A stretch of DNA of 64,000 nt from an uncultured Candidatus Binatia bacterium (GCA_965200965.1 OZ241744.1:1440001-1504000); one strand, 5' to 3'. Shown: positions 50,879-60,975, counted from the first letter of the stretch. Notes: generated from the sequence alone by a model not told the origin. Made by a program: numbers and translations.

Positions 50879-52507
50879 TTAAATCGCCCGATAGGCGGCA
50901 AACGACTGCGTTGACGAGCGGGCTTTTGGATCAACAACGATGTTGACCACGGCCGGTTTGCCCGAGGCGGCCGCCCGCTCTAGGGCGGGCCGGATATCCT
51001 GGGGTTTTTCGACAAACTCGCCGTGCGCGCCAAACACCTTGGCCATCTCATCATAGCGGCTGAATCCCAGGTCACGCCCGGCGTTCATCACCCCTTGACC
51101 GGCCCAGCCGCCATTGTTGCTGATCACAATCAGGGCCGGGATGTCGTGCCGCACCATCGTGTCGATCTCCATCCCGTTCATGCCAAACGAACCGTCGCCG
51201 CTGAGCACGATGACCTGGGTGCCCGGCTTGGCCACCTTGGCCCCTAGACCAAAGGCGGCGGCCACCCCCATACAGCCGTTTGGACCGGCGTTGACCCGGT
51301 GGCCGGGCGTGTGGGTAGGCACCGACTGGCGGGCAAAATTCAAAATCTCGTGCCCGTCAACGACCACAATAGCGTCCCGGTCCATGAACTCTCTGACCTC
51401 TTTACACAGCCGCAGGGGATGCATGGGCAAGGCGTCCGAGTTCATGATCTCCTCGGATTTTGCCTGCGACCGCTGGTCATAGCCGCGCAGCGCCTGAGTC
51501 CAGTCGGCCGGCACCTGGATATTGTCAGCCCCAGCGTTGATAAGCTGACGCAAGACCGTTTTGGCATCACCCACAATGCCGAGGTCGACCGGGCGGTTGC
51601 GGCCGATCTCTTCGTCGGCAATATCAATCTGGATGAATTTGACAGCTTCGGCAAAACGCGGCGGCCGGCCGAACCCGATAATAAAGTTAAAGCGCGTACC
51701 AACTACGAGCACGACATCGGCTTCCTTCCAGGCGCGGTTCCGGGCACCGGGAAAACTCAGGGCGTGATCTTCTTCAATCACTCCCCGACCTTGGGGGGTG
51801 GTGAAAAACGGAATGCCGCTGGCCTCGACAAACTCTCTGAGTTCGGCCATGGCTTCCGACCAGAACACCCCGGTCCCGGTCAGGACCAGCGGCCGCTGGG
51901 CGTCTTTGAGCAGGCGAATAGCCTGGCTGACCTGATCCGGGTCAGCCGCAATACGGGGAATCTCATGCGGCCGCTTGATAAACGGGGCTTCCTGATCGTC
52001 AACCTCGCGGTACAGCACGTCGCCCGGCAGGTCGAGATATACCGGCCCCGGCTGGCCGCTCGTCGCCACCCGAAAAGCCTTGTTGACCAGCTCGGGAATA
52101 CGCCGGGCGTCTTTCACTCGCTCGGCCCACTTGGTGATCGGCTTAAACATGCCGACCTGATCCATCTCCTGGAAGGCCCCCATCCCGTCCTGTAAAATCG
52201 CGCTCGCTCCACCGAGGGCAACGACCGGAACGGCGTCCAGGTAGGCATTCCCGACCCCGGTAATCAGGTTGGTCACGCCTGGCCCCGAGGCGGCAAAACA
52301 CACGCCCGGCTTGCCGGTCACCCGGCTGTAGGCGTGAGCGGCCATTGCCGCCGCCTGCTCATGGCGCACATCCACCGATCGAAAGCCGATCTCGATGCAT
52401 TTGGTCGCCACGTCAACCATCGGCCCGCCGGTCAGATAGAAAACCGTCTCAACCCCTTCGTCTTTCAGTGATCGGACCACAAGAGAATTGCCGTCAACCT
52501 TGGCCAT
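50879..52507 (-). CDS. ThDP-dependent enzyme (2-hydroxyacyl-CoA lyase / oxalyl-CoA decarboxylase / ALS-like)
   Basis: RHEQAAAMAA, SGPGVTN, GPVYLDLPGD, GDGSFG...NN. Confidence 0.9.
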   Translation of the reverse strand: MAKVDGNSLVVRSLKDEGVETVFYLTGGPMVDVATKCIEIGFRSVDVRHEQAAAMAAHAYSRVTGKPGVCFAASGPGVTNLITGVGNAYLDAVPVVALGGASAILQDGMGAFQEMDQVGMFKPITKWAERVKDARRIPELVNKAFRVATSGQPGPVYLDLPGDVLYREVDDQEAPFIKRPHEIPRIAADPDQVSQAIRLLKDAQRPLVLTGTGVFWSEAMAELREFVEASGIPFFTTPQGRGVIEEDHALSFPGARNRAWKEADVVLVVGTRFNFIIGFGRPPRFAEAVKFIQIDIADEEIGRNRPVDLGIVGDAKTVLRQLINAGADNIQVPADWTQALRGYDQRSQAKSEEIMNSDALPMHPLRLCKEVREFMDRDAIVVVDGHEILNFARQSVPTHTPGHRVNAGPNGCMGVAAAFGLGAKVAKPGTQVIVLSGDGSFGMNGMEIDTMVRHDIPALIVISNNGGWAGQGVMNAGRDLGFSRYDEMAKVFGAHGEFVEKPQDIRPALERAAASGKPAVVNIVVDPKARSSTQSFAAYRAI

Positions 52508-52586
52508 ATCGTTTCCCTCCTCTCGGTTCGGTCGGACGCATATTTGTCACACTTGCCTCCAAAATACCAGCCGTAGCTTCAGGCTT

Positions 52587-53726
52587 TCACAGATTCAACT
52601 CTTGGGCCACCACTTCGCGATGCACCGGCGCACTGCCAAAAGCCGCCTCAGAGGCCAGCCCGCGGCGATAAAACAGGTGCATATCGTGCTCCCAGGTAAA
52701 ACCGATGCCGCCGTGTACCTGAATGGCCTCGCTCGTCACGGTTTTGCACATGTCACTGCAATACGCCTTGGCCATAGGGACCGCCTGGCGGGCTTCGGGC
52801 ACATTCTCATCAACCGTCCAAGCCGCGTAGTAGGTCAGCGAACGGGCGTTCTCGACCTGGACCATCATATCCACACATTTATGCTTGACGGCCTGGAAAC
52901 TGCCGATCGGCTTGCCAAACTGCACCCGCTCTTTGGCGTAGGCTACCGCCATATCGAGCGCCTGCTGACCGGTACCGACCATCTCGGCACACAAACCGGC
53001 CAGCGCTTGATCGAGCGTGCGCTGAACAATCGGCCAGCCCGCGCCCACCTTCCCCAAGACCTGGTCGCCAGACACAGCCACATCCTGGAACGCCACATGG
53101 CACTGACGGCGGGTCATATCAACCGTCTTGAGCTGGGTAATCGTCACTCCGGGGGCTTTGGCGTCAACCACAAACACACTGATGCCGTCCGCGGTCGCAC
53201 TGCCCTGTCCGGTCCGGGCTACCACAACAAGCTGATCTGCCACATGGGCGTCGGGCACAAAGAGTTTCTCTCCCGATAACAAAAAATCCCCACCTTTGGG
53301 CGTTGCCGCCAAGGACACCCCACCCGCGTCATAGCGACCGCTCTTTTCGGCCAGGGCCAGGCTCAGGGTGCTCTCACCGGCCGCCACCCCGGGCAGCATG
53401 GCACGCTTCTGCGCGTCCGAGCCTCCGGCAATAATGGCCGGCGTTCCCAACAGCGCGGTGGCAAAGAACGGCCCAGGCAAGAGCGCACGCCCCATCTCCT
53501 CCAGGATCACCACCATATCCAGAAAGCTGCCCCCCACCCCGCCGTGAGCCTCGGCAATCAGAATAGCCGGCCAGCCCTGCTCGGCCACCTTTTTCCACAT
53601 CTCGGTGGCGTGGGCACTGTCGTCCTCCATCATCTTACGGACAAAACTTGTCGGACACTCGTTATCGAGAAACCGGCGGGTTACGTCGCGCAGCATCTCC
53701 TGTTCTTCACTGAAACCGAAATTCAT
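52587..53726 (-). CDS. Acyl-CoA dehydrogenase family (beta-subunit-like)
   Basis: MNFGFSEEQ, RVQFGKPIGSFQAVKH, QVHGGIGFTWEHD; AGGAGG RBS. Confidence 0.92.
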   Translation of the reverse strand: MNFGFSEEQEMLRDVTRRFLDNECPTSFVRKMMEDDSAHATEMWKKVAEQGWPAILIAEAHGGVGGSFLDMVVILEEMGRALLPGPFFATALLGTPAIIAGGSDAQKRAMLPGVAAGESTLSLALAEKSGRYDAGGVSLAATPKGGDFLLSGEKLFVPDAHVADQLVVVARTGQGSATADGISVFVVDAKAPGVTITQLKTVDMTRRQCHVAFQDVAVSGDQVLGKVGAGWPIVQRTLDQALAGLCAEMVGTGQQALDMAVAYAKERVQFGKPIGSFQAVKHKCVDMMVQVENARSLTYYAAWTVDENVPEARQAVPMAKAYCSDMCKTVTSEAIQVHGGIGFTWEHDMHLFYRRGLASEAAFGSAPVHREVVAQELNL

Positions 53727-53914
53727 AGCTCCTCCTGATGCGGAAAAACGGCCCCCGCCGGCCAAGCTCACACCCCAAGCCGCCCCAGCAGTCCCGGGTG
53801 GCGGCTCACTCGCTGTCGGATATGTCCGTACTGTCAGCCGGCACGAGGGTGATGGTGGGGATGTGGGACGGCGCGACAATCGCCGAACTGGAGATTCGGA
53901 ATGTCTGCGAGAGC

Positions 53915-55834
53915 CTATCCGCCGCTGCCCCCGCTCACACTCGACGCCTGGCCGCTCGCCACGTTGTTCTGGCCCCCGCTCACACTGGCGGAAATGCCGC
54001 TGGCCTCATTACTCTGGCCCCCGCTCACACTCGACGCCTGGCCGCTCGCCACATTGTTGTAGCCCCCGCTCACGCTGGCGGCAGGGGCTCGGGCTACGTT
54101 GTTCTGGCCCCCGCTCACGCTGGCGGAAGCGGATTGGGCCACGTTACGGTAGCCCCCGCTCACGCTGGCGGAAGCGGATTGGGCCACGTTACGGTAGCCC
54201 CCGCTCACGCTGGCGGCGGTACCGTGGACCCTGTTGGAGGTACCCCCGCTGATGCTGGCGGCAGTGCTGGTGGCCATATTGGACTGCCCCCCGCTCACGC
54301 TCGCATACGGGCCGCTGGCCACGTTCCCCACACCCCCGCTCACGCTCGACGCGTCGTCACTCGCCTCGTTGTTCTGGCCCCCGCTCACACTCCCATAGTC
54401 CCCGCTCGCCTCGTTGTCCCGGCCCCCACTCACGCTCGCGTACGCCCCGCTGATGATGTTCCCGACCCCCACCACCAAGCCACTATGACTCGAATACTCG
54501 TGCTCAGGGCCAATCACCACATTGTGCGAACCGCTGCGATCATTGCGGCCCGCAGTCCGCGGGGATCTGACCCCGACGGTGTTGAGATCTTCGTTGTAGC
54601 CCACGATCAGGTTGCCTAACCCGTTGGTCGTATTGGTGCTGCTAGCCCCGTTGCGGAAGTGGACATTGCAGCCCTCGAAGACTACATCAGCCTTCGTCTG
54701 GCCCCGGACGGCTTCGGTGGTGAGACAGGCAGGCAGACGGTTGCTGAAATCGTTGGCCGCTGCCACGGTCACGCCGCTGCCGCCGCCGATGGTGGAGAAG
54801 TTGCCCGTGGCCTGGTTGTTGGAACCCCCGCTCACACTCGCCGCACTGCTGGTCGCCGTGTTGCCGGAACCCCCGCTCACGCTGGTCGCCCAGCCGCCGG
54901 CCGTGTTGGCATGGCCCCCGCTCACACTGGAGTCATAATGCCGGGTCGTGTTGCTGTGGCCCCCGCTCACGCTGGAGTTCTCGCCGATGGCCGTGTTGCT
55001 CTGCCCCCCGCTCACGCTAGTGTGATAACCGATGGAGCGGTTGCGGTAGCCCCCGCTCACGCTCGCCGCAGGACCACTGGCTGTGTTCTGAGTACCCCCG
55101 CTCACGCTGGAGTCAAAGCTGCTGGCCGTGTTCTGATAGCCCCCGCTCACGCTGGAGTTCCCGCCGATGGCCCTGTTCTGATGACCCCCGCTCACGCTGG
55201 TGTGATAACCGATGGAGCGGTTGCGGTAGCCCCCGCTCACGCTCGCCGCAGGACCACTGGCCGTGTTGCCGGAACCCCCGCTCACGCTAGAGCTAGAGCT
55301 GCTGGCCGTGTTGTGGGAACCCCCGCTCACGCTCGCCGTCCAGCCGCGGGCTCGGTTGGACCAGCCCCCGCTCACACTCGCCGCATAGCCGGAGATAGCG
55401 TTATCATGCCCCGCCACCAGCCCGCCAGAACTGGGGTACTGATGCTGACTCCCAATCACCAGGTTGTGCGAGCCGCCCCGCTTGCTGCTATCTTCCTCGG
55501 GCCACGCCTCGTTGTAGCCGATAATCAGGTTGCCCAGCCCCAGGGGTTCGGAGACCCAGCCATCGTTCACGGTCCGTCCTTTATGGGTCACCCCCGACCC
55601 GCTGCGGATGTGGACATTGGCCCCGGTGAAGATTATGTGCGGACCGCTCAGGCCATGGTAGGTGCTGGTGGCCGCATCCTCAATCACCTGAATGTAGCGG
55701 GTCAGCTTGGCCACCGTGGTCTGTAAGGCCGACACTTGGGCCGCTAACTCCGCCAAGCTGGGCGCTTGGCCCCAACAGGGACTGGCTGCAAGCAGGACAC
55801 TACACACCGATGAGCACAGGAGGGAATAACGCAT
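53915..55834 (-). CDS. Secreted SVSGG-repeat protein, paralog G1 (639 aa)
   Basis: AAGGAG RBS, signal peptide MRYSLL, coiled coil, two GLGNLIxGYNE...GSHNxVIG modules each followed by 15-aa SVSGGxxNxAxxxxx repeats. Confidence 0.85.
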   Translation of the reverse strand: MRYSLLCSSVCSVLLAASPCWGQAPSLAELAAQVSALQTTVAKLTRYIQVIEDAATSTYHGLSGPHIIFTGANVHIRSGSGVTHKGRTVNDGWVSEPLGLGNLIIGYNEAWPEEDSSKRGGSHNLVIGSQHQYPSSGGLVAGHDNAISGYAASVSGGWSNRARGWTASVSGGSHNTASSSSSSVSGGSGNTASGPAASVSGGYRNRSIGYHTSVSGGHQNRAIGGNSSVSGGYQNTASSFDSSVSGGTQNTASGPAASVSGGYRNRSIGYHTSVSGGQSNTAIGENSSVSGGHSNTTRHYDSSVSGGHANTAGGWATSVSGGSGNTATSSAASVSGGSNNQATGNFSTIGGGSGVTVAAANDFSNRLPACLTTEAVRGQTKADVVFEGCNVHFRNGASSTNTTNGLGNLIVGYNEDLNTVGVRSPRTAGRNDRSGSHNVVIGPEHEYSSHSGLVVGVGNIISGAYASVSGGRDNEASGDYGSVSGGQNNEASDDASSVSGGVGNVASGPYASVSGGQSNMATSTAASISGGTSNRVHGTAASVSGGYRNVAQSASASVSGGYRNVAQSASASVSGGQNNVARAPAASVSGGYNNVASGQASSVSGGQSNEASGISASVSGGQNNVASGQASSVSGGSGG

Positions 55835-55966
55835 CACACGCTCCTTGCGGCCCCACAGGGGCGGAGAGAGAAGATGACACACTCAATACCTGCCTTCCCG
55901 CTGAGCCGTCAAGGCAGGGCCGCCGGACCTGCTGCGGAACAGAGCCGGCCCGCCGGCCGTGCAACG

Positions 55967-56116
55967 CCCCTGCCGCGTGCGCCCGGAGCGGGGGCATATA
56001 TGGGATGAAGTCCGTCACCGGTTGCTGCCCCTGCCGCGTGCGCCCGGAGCGGAGGGCTGGCCAGGAGACCTACCTCATCGGCCTCAAACCCCTGCCGCGT
56101 GCGCCCGGAGCGGGGT
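55967..56116. CRISPR. CRISPR-like mini-array A: 3 repeats, 2 spacers
   Basis: Repeat CCCCTGCCGCGTGCGCCCGGAGCGGRGK at 55967, 56028, 56089 (period 61); two unrelated 33-bp spacers; no cas genes in window. Confidence 0.6.
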
Positions 56117-56237
56117 AAACCCAGGGCACAGCCGGCTCGCCGCGCAGGGACTGACCGGCTCTGAACCGGTTGCCTGGGAGGACTCGCCGGGCAAGTCAGA
56201 ACGGGGGCGGGGCACGCCCCCGCAGCCCCCGGCAGGA

Positions 56238-57950
56238 CTAGAGGTCGGCGTTGACCGTCTGGTTCTTGCCCCCGCTGATGCTGCTCCGCCTTCCGCTCGC
56301 CCGGTTGTTCAACCCCCCGCTCACGCTCGCCGCTGCCCCGCTCGCCCGGTTCTGCACACTCACACTCGCCAGCGGATCAGGGCCAGCCGTGTTGCTCTGC
56401 CCCCCGAGCACGCTCGCATACGAGCCGCTGGCCACATTCGCCACGCCCCCGCTCACGCTCGACGCGTCGCCACTCGCCTCGTTGTTCTGGCCTCCGCTCA
56501 CACTCCCATAGTCCCCGCTCGCCTCGTTGTCCCGGCCCCCACTCACGCTCGCGTACTCCCCGCTGATGATGTTCCCGATGCCCACCACCAAGCCACTATG
56601 ACTCGAATACTCGTGCTCAGGGCCAATCACCACATTGTGCGAACCGCTGCGATCATTGCGGCCCAAGGTCCGCTGGGCAACGATCCCGGCGGTGGTGTCC
56701 ACATCTTCGTTGTAGCCCACGATCAGGTTGCCTAACCCGTTGGTCGTATTGGTGCTGCTAGCCCCGTTGTGGAGGTGGACATTGCAGCCCGTGAAGACTA
56801 CATCAGCCTTCGCCTGGCCGTCCACGTCTTTGGTGGTGAGACAGGCAGGCAGGCGGTTGCTGAAGTCGTTGGCCCCTATCACGGTCACGCTGCTGCCCCC
56901 GCCGACGGTGGAGAAGTTGCCCGTGGCCTGGTTGTTGGAACCCCCGCTCACGCTCGACGCAGTGCTCGTCGCCGTGTTGCTCTGCCCCCCGCTCACGCTC
57001 GCGTGCCGACCGCCGGCCGTGTTGTAGGCACCCCCGCTCACGCTCGCGTGCCGACCGCCGGCCGTGTTGTAGGAACCCCCGCTCACGCTCGTATGAGGAG
57101 CCGTGGCCTGGTTCCCATAGCCCCCGCTCACGCTCGCCGTCCACTCGCTGGCCCTGTTGCTGTGGCCCCCGCTCACACTGGAGGTCACGCCGCTGGCCCG
57201 GTTCCCATCGCCCCCACTCACACTGGAGTTCGGGCCGCTGGCCGTGTTGTACAAGCCCCCGCTCACGCTCGCCTGAGGGCCGATGGCCCTGTTGCTGTGG
57301 CCCCCGCTCACGCTGGTGTGATAACCGATGGAGCGGTTCCCATAGCCCCCGCTCACGCTCGCCGCAGGACCACTGGCCGTGTTGCCGGAACCCCCGCTCA
57401 CACTAGAGCTAGAACTGCTGGCCGTGTTACGGGAACCCCCGCTCACGCTCGCCGCCCAGCCGCGGGCTCGGTTGGACCAGCCCCCGCTCACACTCGCCGC
57501 ATGGGCGGAGATAGCGTTATCATGCCCCGCCACCAGCCCGCCAGAACTGGGGTACTGATGCTGACTCCCAATCACCAGGTTGTGCGAGCCGCCCCGCTTG
57601 CTGCTATCTTCCTCGGGCCACGCCTCGTTGTAGCCGATAATCAGGTTGCCCAGCCCCAGGGGTTCGGAGACCCAGCCATCGTTCACGGTCCGTCCTTTAT
57701 GGGTCACCCCCGACCCGCTGCGGATGTGGACATTGGCCCCGGTGAAGATTATGTGCGGACCGCTCAGGCCATGGTAGGTGCTGGTGGCCGCATCCTCAAT
57801 CACCTGAATGTAGCGGGTCAGCTTGGCCACCGTGGTCTGTAAGGCCGACACTTGGGCCGCTAACTCCGCCAAGCTGGGCGCTTGGCCCCAACAGGGACTG
57901 GCTGCAAGCAGGACACTACACACCGATGAGCACAGGAGGGAATAACGCAT
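56238..57950 (-). CDS. Secreted SVSGG-repeat protein, paralog G2 (570 aa)
   Basis: Same N-terminus as G1, different repeat content, ends SISGGKNQTVNADL. Confidence 0.85.
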   Translation of the reverse strand: MRYSLLCSSVCSVLLAASPCWGQAPSLAELAAQVSALQTTVAKLTRYIQVIEDAATSTYHGLSGPHIIFTGANVHIRSGSGVTHKGRTVNDGWVSEPLGLGNLIIGYNEAWPEEDSSKRGGSHNLVIGSQHQYPSSGGLVAGHDNAISAHAASVSGGWSNRARGWAASVSGGSRNTASSSSSSVSGGSGNTASGPAASVSGGYGNRSIGYHTSVSGGHSNRAIGPQASVSGGLYNTASGPNSSVSGGDGNRASGVTSSVSGGHSNRASEWTASVSGGYGNQATAPHTSVSGGSYNTAGGRHASVSGGAYNTAGGRHASVSGGQSNTATSTASSVSGGSNNQATGNFSTVGGGSSVTVIGANDFSNRLPACLTTKDVDGQAKADVVFTGCNVHLHNGASSTNTTNGLGNLIVGYNEDVDTTAGIVAQRTLGRNDRSGSHNVVIGPEHEYSSHSGLVVGIGNIISGEYASVSGGRDNEASGDYGSVSGGQNNEASGDASSVSGGVANVASGSYASVLGGQSNTAGPDPLASVSVQNRASGAAASVSGGLNNRASGRRSSISGGKNQTVNADL

Positions 57951-58082
57951 CACACGCTCCTTGCGGCCCCACAGGGGCGGAGAGAGAAGATGACACACTC
58001 AATACCTGCCTTCCCGCTGAGCCGTCAAGGCAGGGCCGCCGGACCTGCTGCGGAACAGAGCCGGCCCGCCGGCCGTGCAACG

Positions 58083-58292
58083 CCCCTGCCGCGTGCGCCC
58101 GGAGCGGGGGCATATATGGGATGAAGTCCGTCACCGGTTGCTGCCCCTGCCGCGTGCGCCCGGAGCGGGGGGGCTTTGAGGGAGATGTAAAATGCCAGCA
58201 GGACCCCTGCCGCGTGCGCCCGGAGCGGAGGGCTGGCCAGGAGACCTACCTCATCGGCCTCAAACCCCTGCCGCGTGCGCCCGGAGCGGGGT
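58083..58292. CRISPR. CRISPR-like mini-array B: 4 repeats, 3 spacers
   Basis: Repeats at 58083, 58144, 58204, 58265; first and last spacers identical to array A, extra 32-bp middle spacer GGCTTTGAGGGAGATGTAAAATGCCAGCAGGA. Confidence 0.62.
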
Positions 58293-58420
58293 AAACCCAG
58301 GGCACAGCCGGCTCGCCGCGCAGGGACTGACCGGCTCTGAACCGGTTGCCTGGGAGGGCTGCGCCGGGCAAGTCAGAACGGGGCGGGACACGCCCCCCAG
58401 CCCCCCAGCCCCCGGCAGGA

Positions 58421-59962
58421 CTAGAGGTCGGCGTTAGCCGTCTGGTTCTTGCCCCCGCTGATGCTGCTCCGCTTCCCGCTCGCCCAGTTGTGGTACCCCC
58501 CGCTCACGCTCGCCGCTTCCCCGGTCGCCCGGTTCAGCCGGCCCCCGCTCACACTCGACGCCGAGGCAGGGCCAGCCGTGTTGTTGTTCCCCCCGCTCAC
58601 GCTCGCATACGAGCCGCTGGCCACATTCGCCAAGCCCCCGCTCACGCTCGCCGCGTCGCCACTCGCCTCGTTGTTCTGGCCTCCGCTCACACTCCCATAG
58701 TCCCCGCTCGCCTCGTTGTCCCGGCCCCCACTCACGCTCGCGTACTCCCCGCTGATGATGTTCCCGATGCCCACCACCAAGCCACTATGACTCGAATACT
58801 CGTGCTCAGGGCCAATCACCACATTGTGCGAACCGCTGCGATCATTGCGGCCCGCAGTCCGCGGGGATCTGACCCCGACGGTGTTGAGATCTTCGTTGTA
58901 GCCCACGATCAGGTTGCCTAACCCGTTGGTCGTATTGGTGCTGCTAGCCCCGTTGCGGAAGTGGACATTGCAGCCCTCGAAGACTACATCAGCCTTCACC
59001 TGATTCCTCACGGCTGGCGGTTTGGTCCTCAGGCAGGCCGGCCAGAGGTAGCGGAAGTCGGCCACGCCGGTCGCGGTCAGGCCGTCGCCCCCGCTCACGC
59101 TGGAGAGCCGGCCGGAGGCCTGGTTGCGATGACCGCCGAGGACGCTGGCCCAATGCTCGCTCGCCGCGTTCGCCCGGCCCCCGCTCACGCTCGACACCCG
59201 CCCGCTGGCCATGTTCAGACGGCCCCCGCTCACGCTGGAGTAGTAACCAATGGCTCGGTTGTCCAAGCCCCCGCTCACGCTCGCATAATCGGCCGTGGCC
59301 CAGTTCCCATAGCCCCCGCTCACGCTCGCCGTATAGCCGCTGGCCGTGTTCTGATAGCCCCCGCTCACGCTCGACGCGCTGCTCGTCGCCGTGTTGCCCC
59401 GGCCCCCGCTCACGCTCGCATGAGCACCGCTGGCCGTGTTGTCGAGGCCCCCGCTCACGCTGGAGTCCTTACCCTGGGCCACGTTCCCACCACCGCCGCT
59501 CACGCTGGCCGCATAGCCGGAGATGACGTTGTTATGCCCCGCCACCAGCCCGCCGGAGTTGGGGTATTGATGATACCTCCCGATCACCAAGTTGTGCGAG
59601 CCGCCCCGCTGGGCCGTATCCGCAGTCGGCCAAGTGTTCGCCTCGTTGTAGCCGATAATCAGGTTGCCCAGCCCCAGGGGTTCGGAGACCCAGCCATCGT
59701 TCACGGTCCGCCCTTTGTGGGTCACCCCCGACCCGCTGCGGATGTGGACATTGGCCCCAGTGAAGATTATGTGCGGACCGCTCAGGCCATGGTAGGTGCT
59801 GGTGGCCGCATCCTCAATCACCTGAATGTAGCGGGTCAGCTTGGCCACAGTGGCCTCTAAGCTTTGGACCCGGCTCTCCAGGGTAGGCGCTGTCTGGCTC
59901 CAGCCCGGACTGGTGGTCAGCAGGATGGAGAACAGGGAAGAGAACAACACGAAACAACGCAT
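58421..59962 (-). CDS. Secreted SVSGG-repeat protein, paralog G3 (513 aa)
   Basis: AAAGGAG RBS, signal peptide MRCFVLF, same two-module architecture. Confidence 0.85.
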   Translation of the reverse strand: MRCFVLFSSLFSILLTTSPGWSQTAPTLESRVQSLEATVAKLTRYIQVIEDAATSTYHGLSGPHIIFTGANVHIRSGSGVTHKGRTVNDGWVSEPLGLGNLIIGYNEANTWPTADTAQRGGSHNLVIGRYHQYPNSGGLVAGHNNVISGYAASVSGGGGNVAQGKDSSVSGGLDNTASGAHASVSGGRGNTATSSASSVSGGYQNTASGYTASVSGGYGNWATADYASVSGGLDNRAIGYYSSVSGGRLNMASGRVSSVSGGRANAASEHWASVLGGHRNQASGRLSSVSGGDGLTATGVADFRYLWPACLRTKPPAVRNQVKADVVFEGCNVHFRNGASSTNTTNGLGNLIVGYNEDLNTVGVRSPRTAGRNDRSGSHNVVIGPEHEYSSHSGLVVGIGNIISGEYASVSGGRDNEASGDYGSVSGGQNNEASGDAASVSGGLANVASGSYASVSGGNNNTAGPASASSVSGGRLNRATGEAASVSGGYHNWASGKRSSISGGKNQTANADL

Positions 59963-60123
59963 AAGGCGCTCCTTTCGGCCCTACAGGGGGCGGTCAGAGT
60001 TAAGATAGAGCGCATTCATACGCTTCTTCCGCCCAAGCGGTCAAGGCGGGGCCGGGGCCGGGCGTGCCTGCCACGGAAGAGAGCGGACCCGCCCGCCTTG
60101 CACCTCAGGTTTGCCCTCTGTAT

Positions 60124-60662
60124 ATGAGGACAGGCCAGCGTCGGGACTCCAGCACCATGCAATCAACACCCACATCACGCTCAGCCTTCCGCTTCCTGGT
60201 CCTCCTGAGCGCCACGCTCGGGGTGTTGACCGCGGTGCAGACTCAGGACGGGCCAGGCGTGTAGAATGGAGGAAAGGCCGCCTGGTGGGATTTTTCCCTC
60301 CTTGATCTGGGGCTGATCGGCTGGGGCAACGCGCCCCAACAGCCGGTCGCTTTCAGCCACGCTCTGCACGCCGAGGCCGGCCTTGACTGCCTGTACTGCC
60401 ATAGCGCAGCCCGCCTCTCGCCCCAGGCCGGGATTCCGCCCCTCGCAACGTGTATCGGCTGCCACAGAAGAGCCACCGCCCAGCCCGAACTGCTCAAGGT
60501 GCAGGACTACTGGCAACGCCAGCAGCCCATCCCCTGGGTGCGGGTGCATAGGCTACCCCGCTTTACCCGCTTCAGCCACAAACGGCATATTCGGGCCGGC
60601 CTTGAGTGCTTGAGTTGTCACGGCCCAGTGGACCGGATGGAGCGGGTGGAGCAGGGCTCGTC
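60124..60662 (+). pseudogene. Duplicated, truncated copy of the multiheme cytochrome c gene
   Basis: Near-identical to 63112-63650; TGG>TAG at 60262-60264; breaks off after the third CxxCH. Confidence 0.88.
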
Positions 60663-60815
60663 AATCACCTGAATGGAGCGGGTCAGGGTAGCGACTGTGG
60701 TCTGTAAGGCCGACACTTGGGCCGCTAACTCCGCCAAGCTGGGCGCTTGGCCCCAACAGGGACTGGCTGCAAGCAGGACACTACACACCGATGAGCACAG
60801 GAGGGAATAACGCAT
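60661..60815 (-). pseudogene. 5' fragment of an SVSGG-repeat protein gene (G4)
   Basis: MRYSLL...SIQVI nearly identical to the G1/G2 starts, cut at the junction with the cytochrome copy. Confidence 0.85.
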
Positions 60816-60947
60816 CACACGCTCCTTGCGGCCCCACAGGGGCGGAGAGAGAAGATGACACACTCAATACCTGCCTTCCCGCTGAGCCGTCAAGGCAGGG
60901 CCGCCGGACCTGCTGCGGAACAGAGCCGGCCCGCCGGCCGTGCAACG

Positions 60948-60975
60948 CCCCTGCCGCGTGCGCCCGGAGCGGGGT
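60948..60975. repeat. Solo copy of the mini-array repeat (array C, no spacer)
   Basis: CCCCTGCCGCGTGCGCCCGGAGCGGGGT in flanks nearly identical to array A, exactly 122 bp (2 x 61) shorter. Confidence 0.85.

Noticed and set aside
56132-56150. CCGGCTCGCCGCGCAGGGA as a tracrRNA-like anti-repeat
   Set aside because: Only short, gapped complementarity to the repeat in very GC-rich DNA; not supportable by eye.
60262-60264. In-frame TAG in the cytochrome copy as pyrrolysine or read-through
   Set aside because: It replaces Trp (TGG) of the intact paralog, and the copy is truncated anyway; ordinary nonsense mutation.
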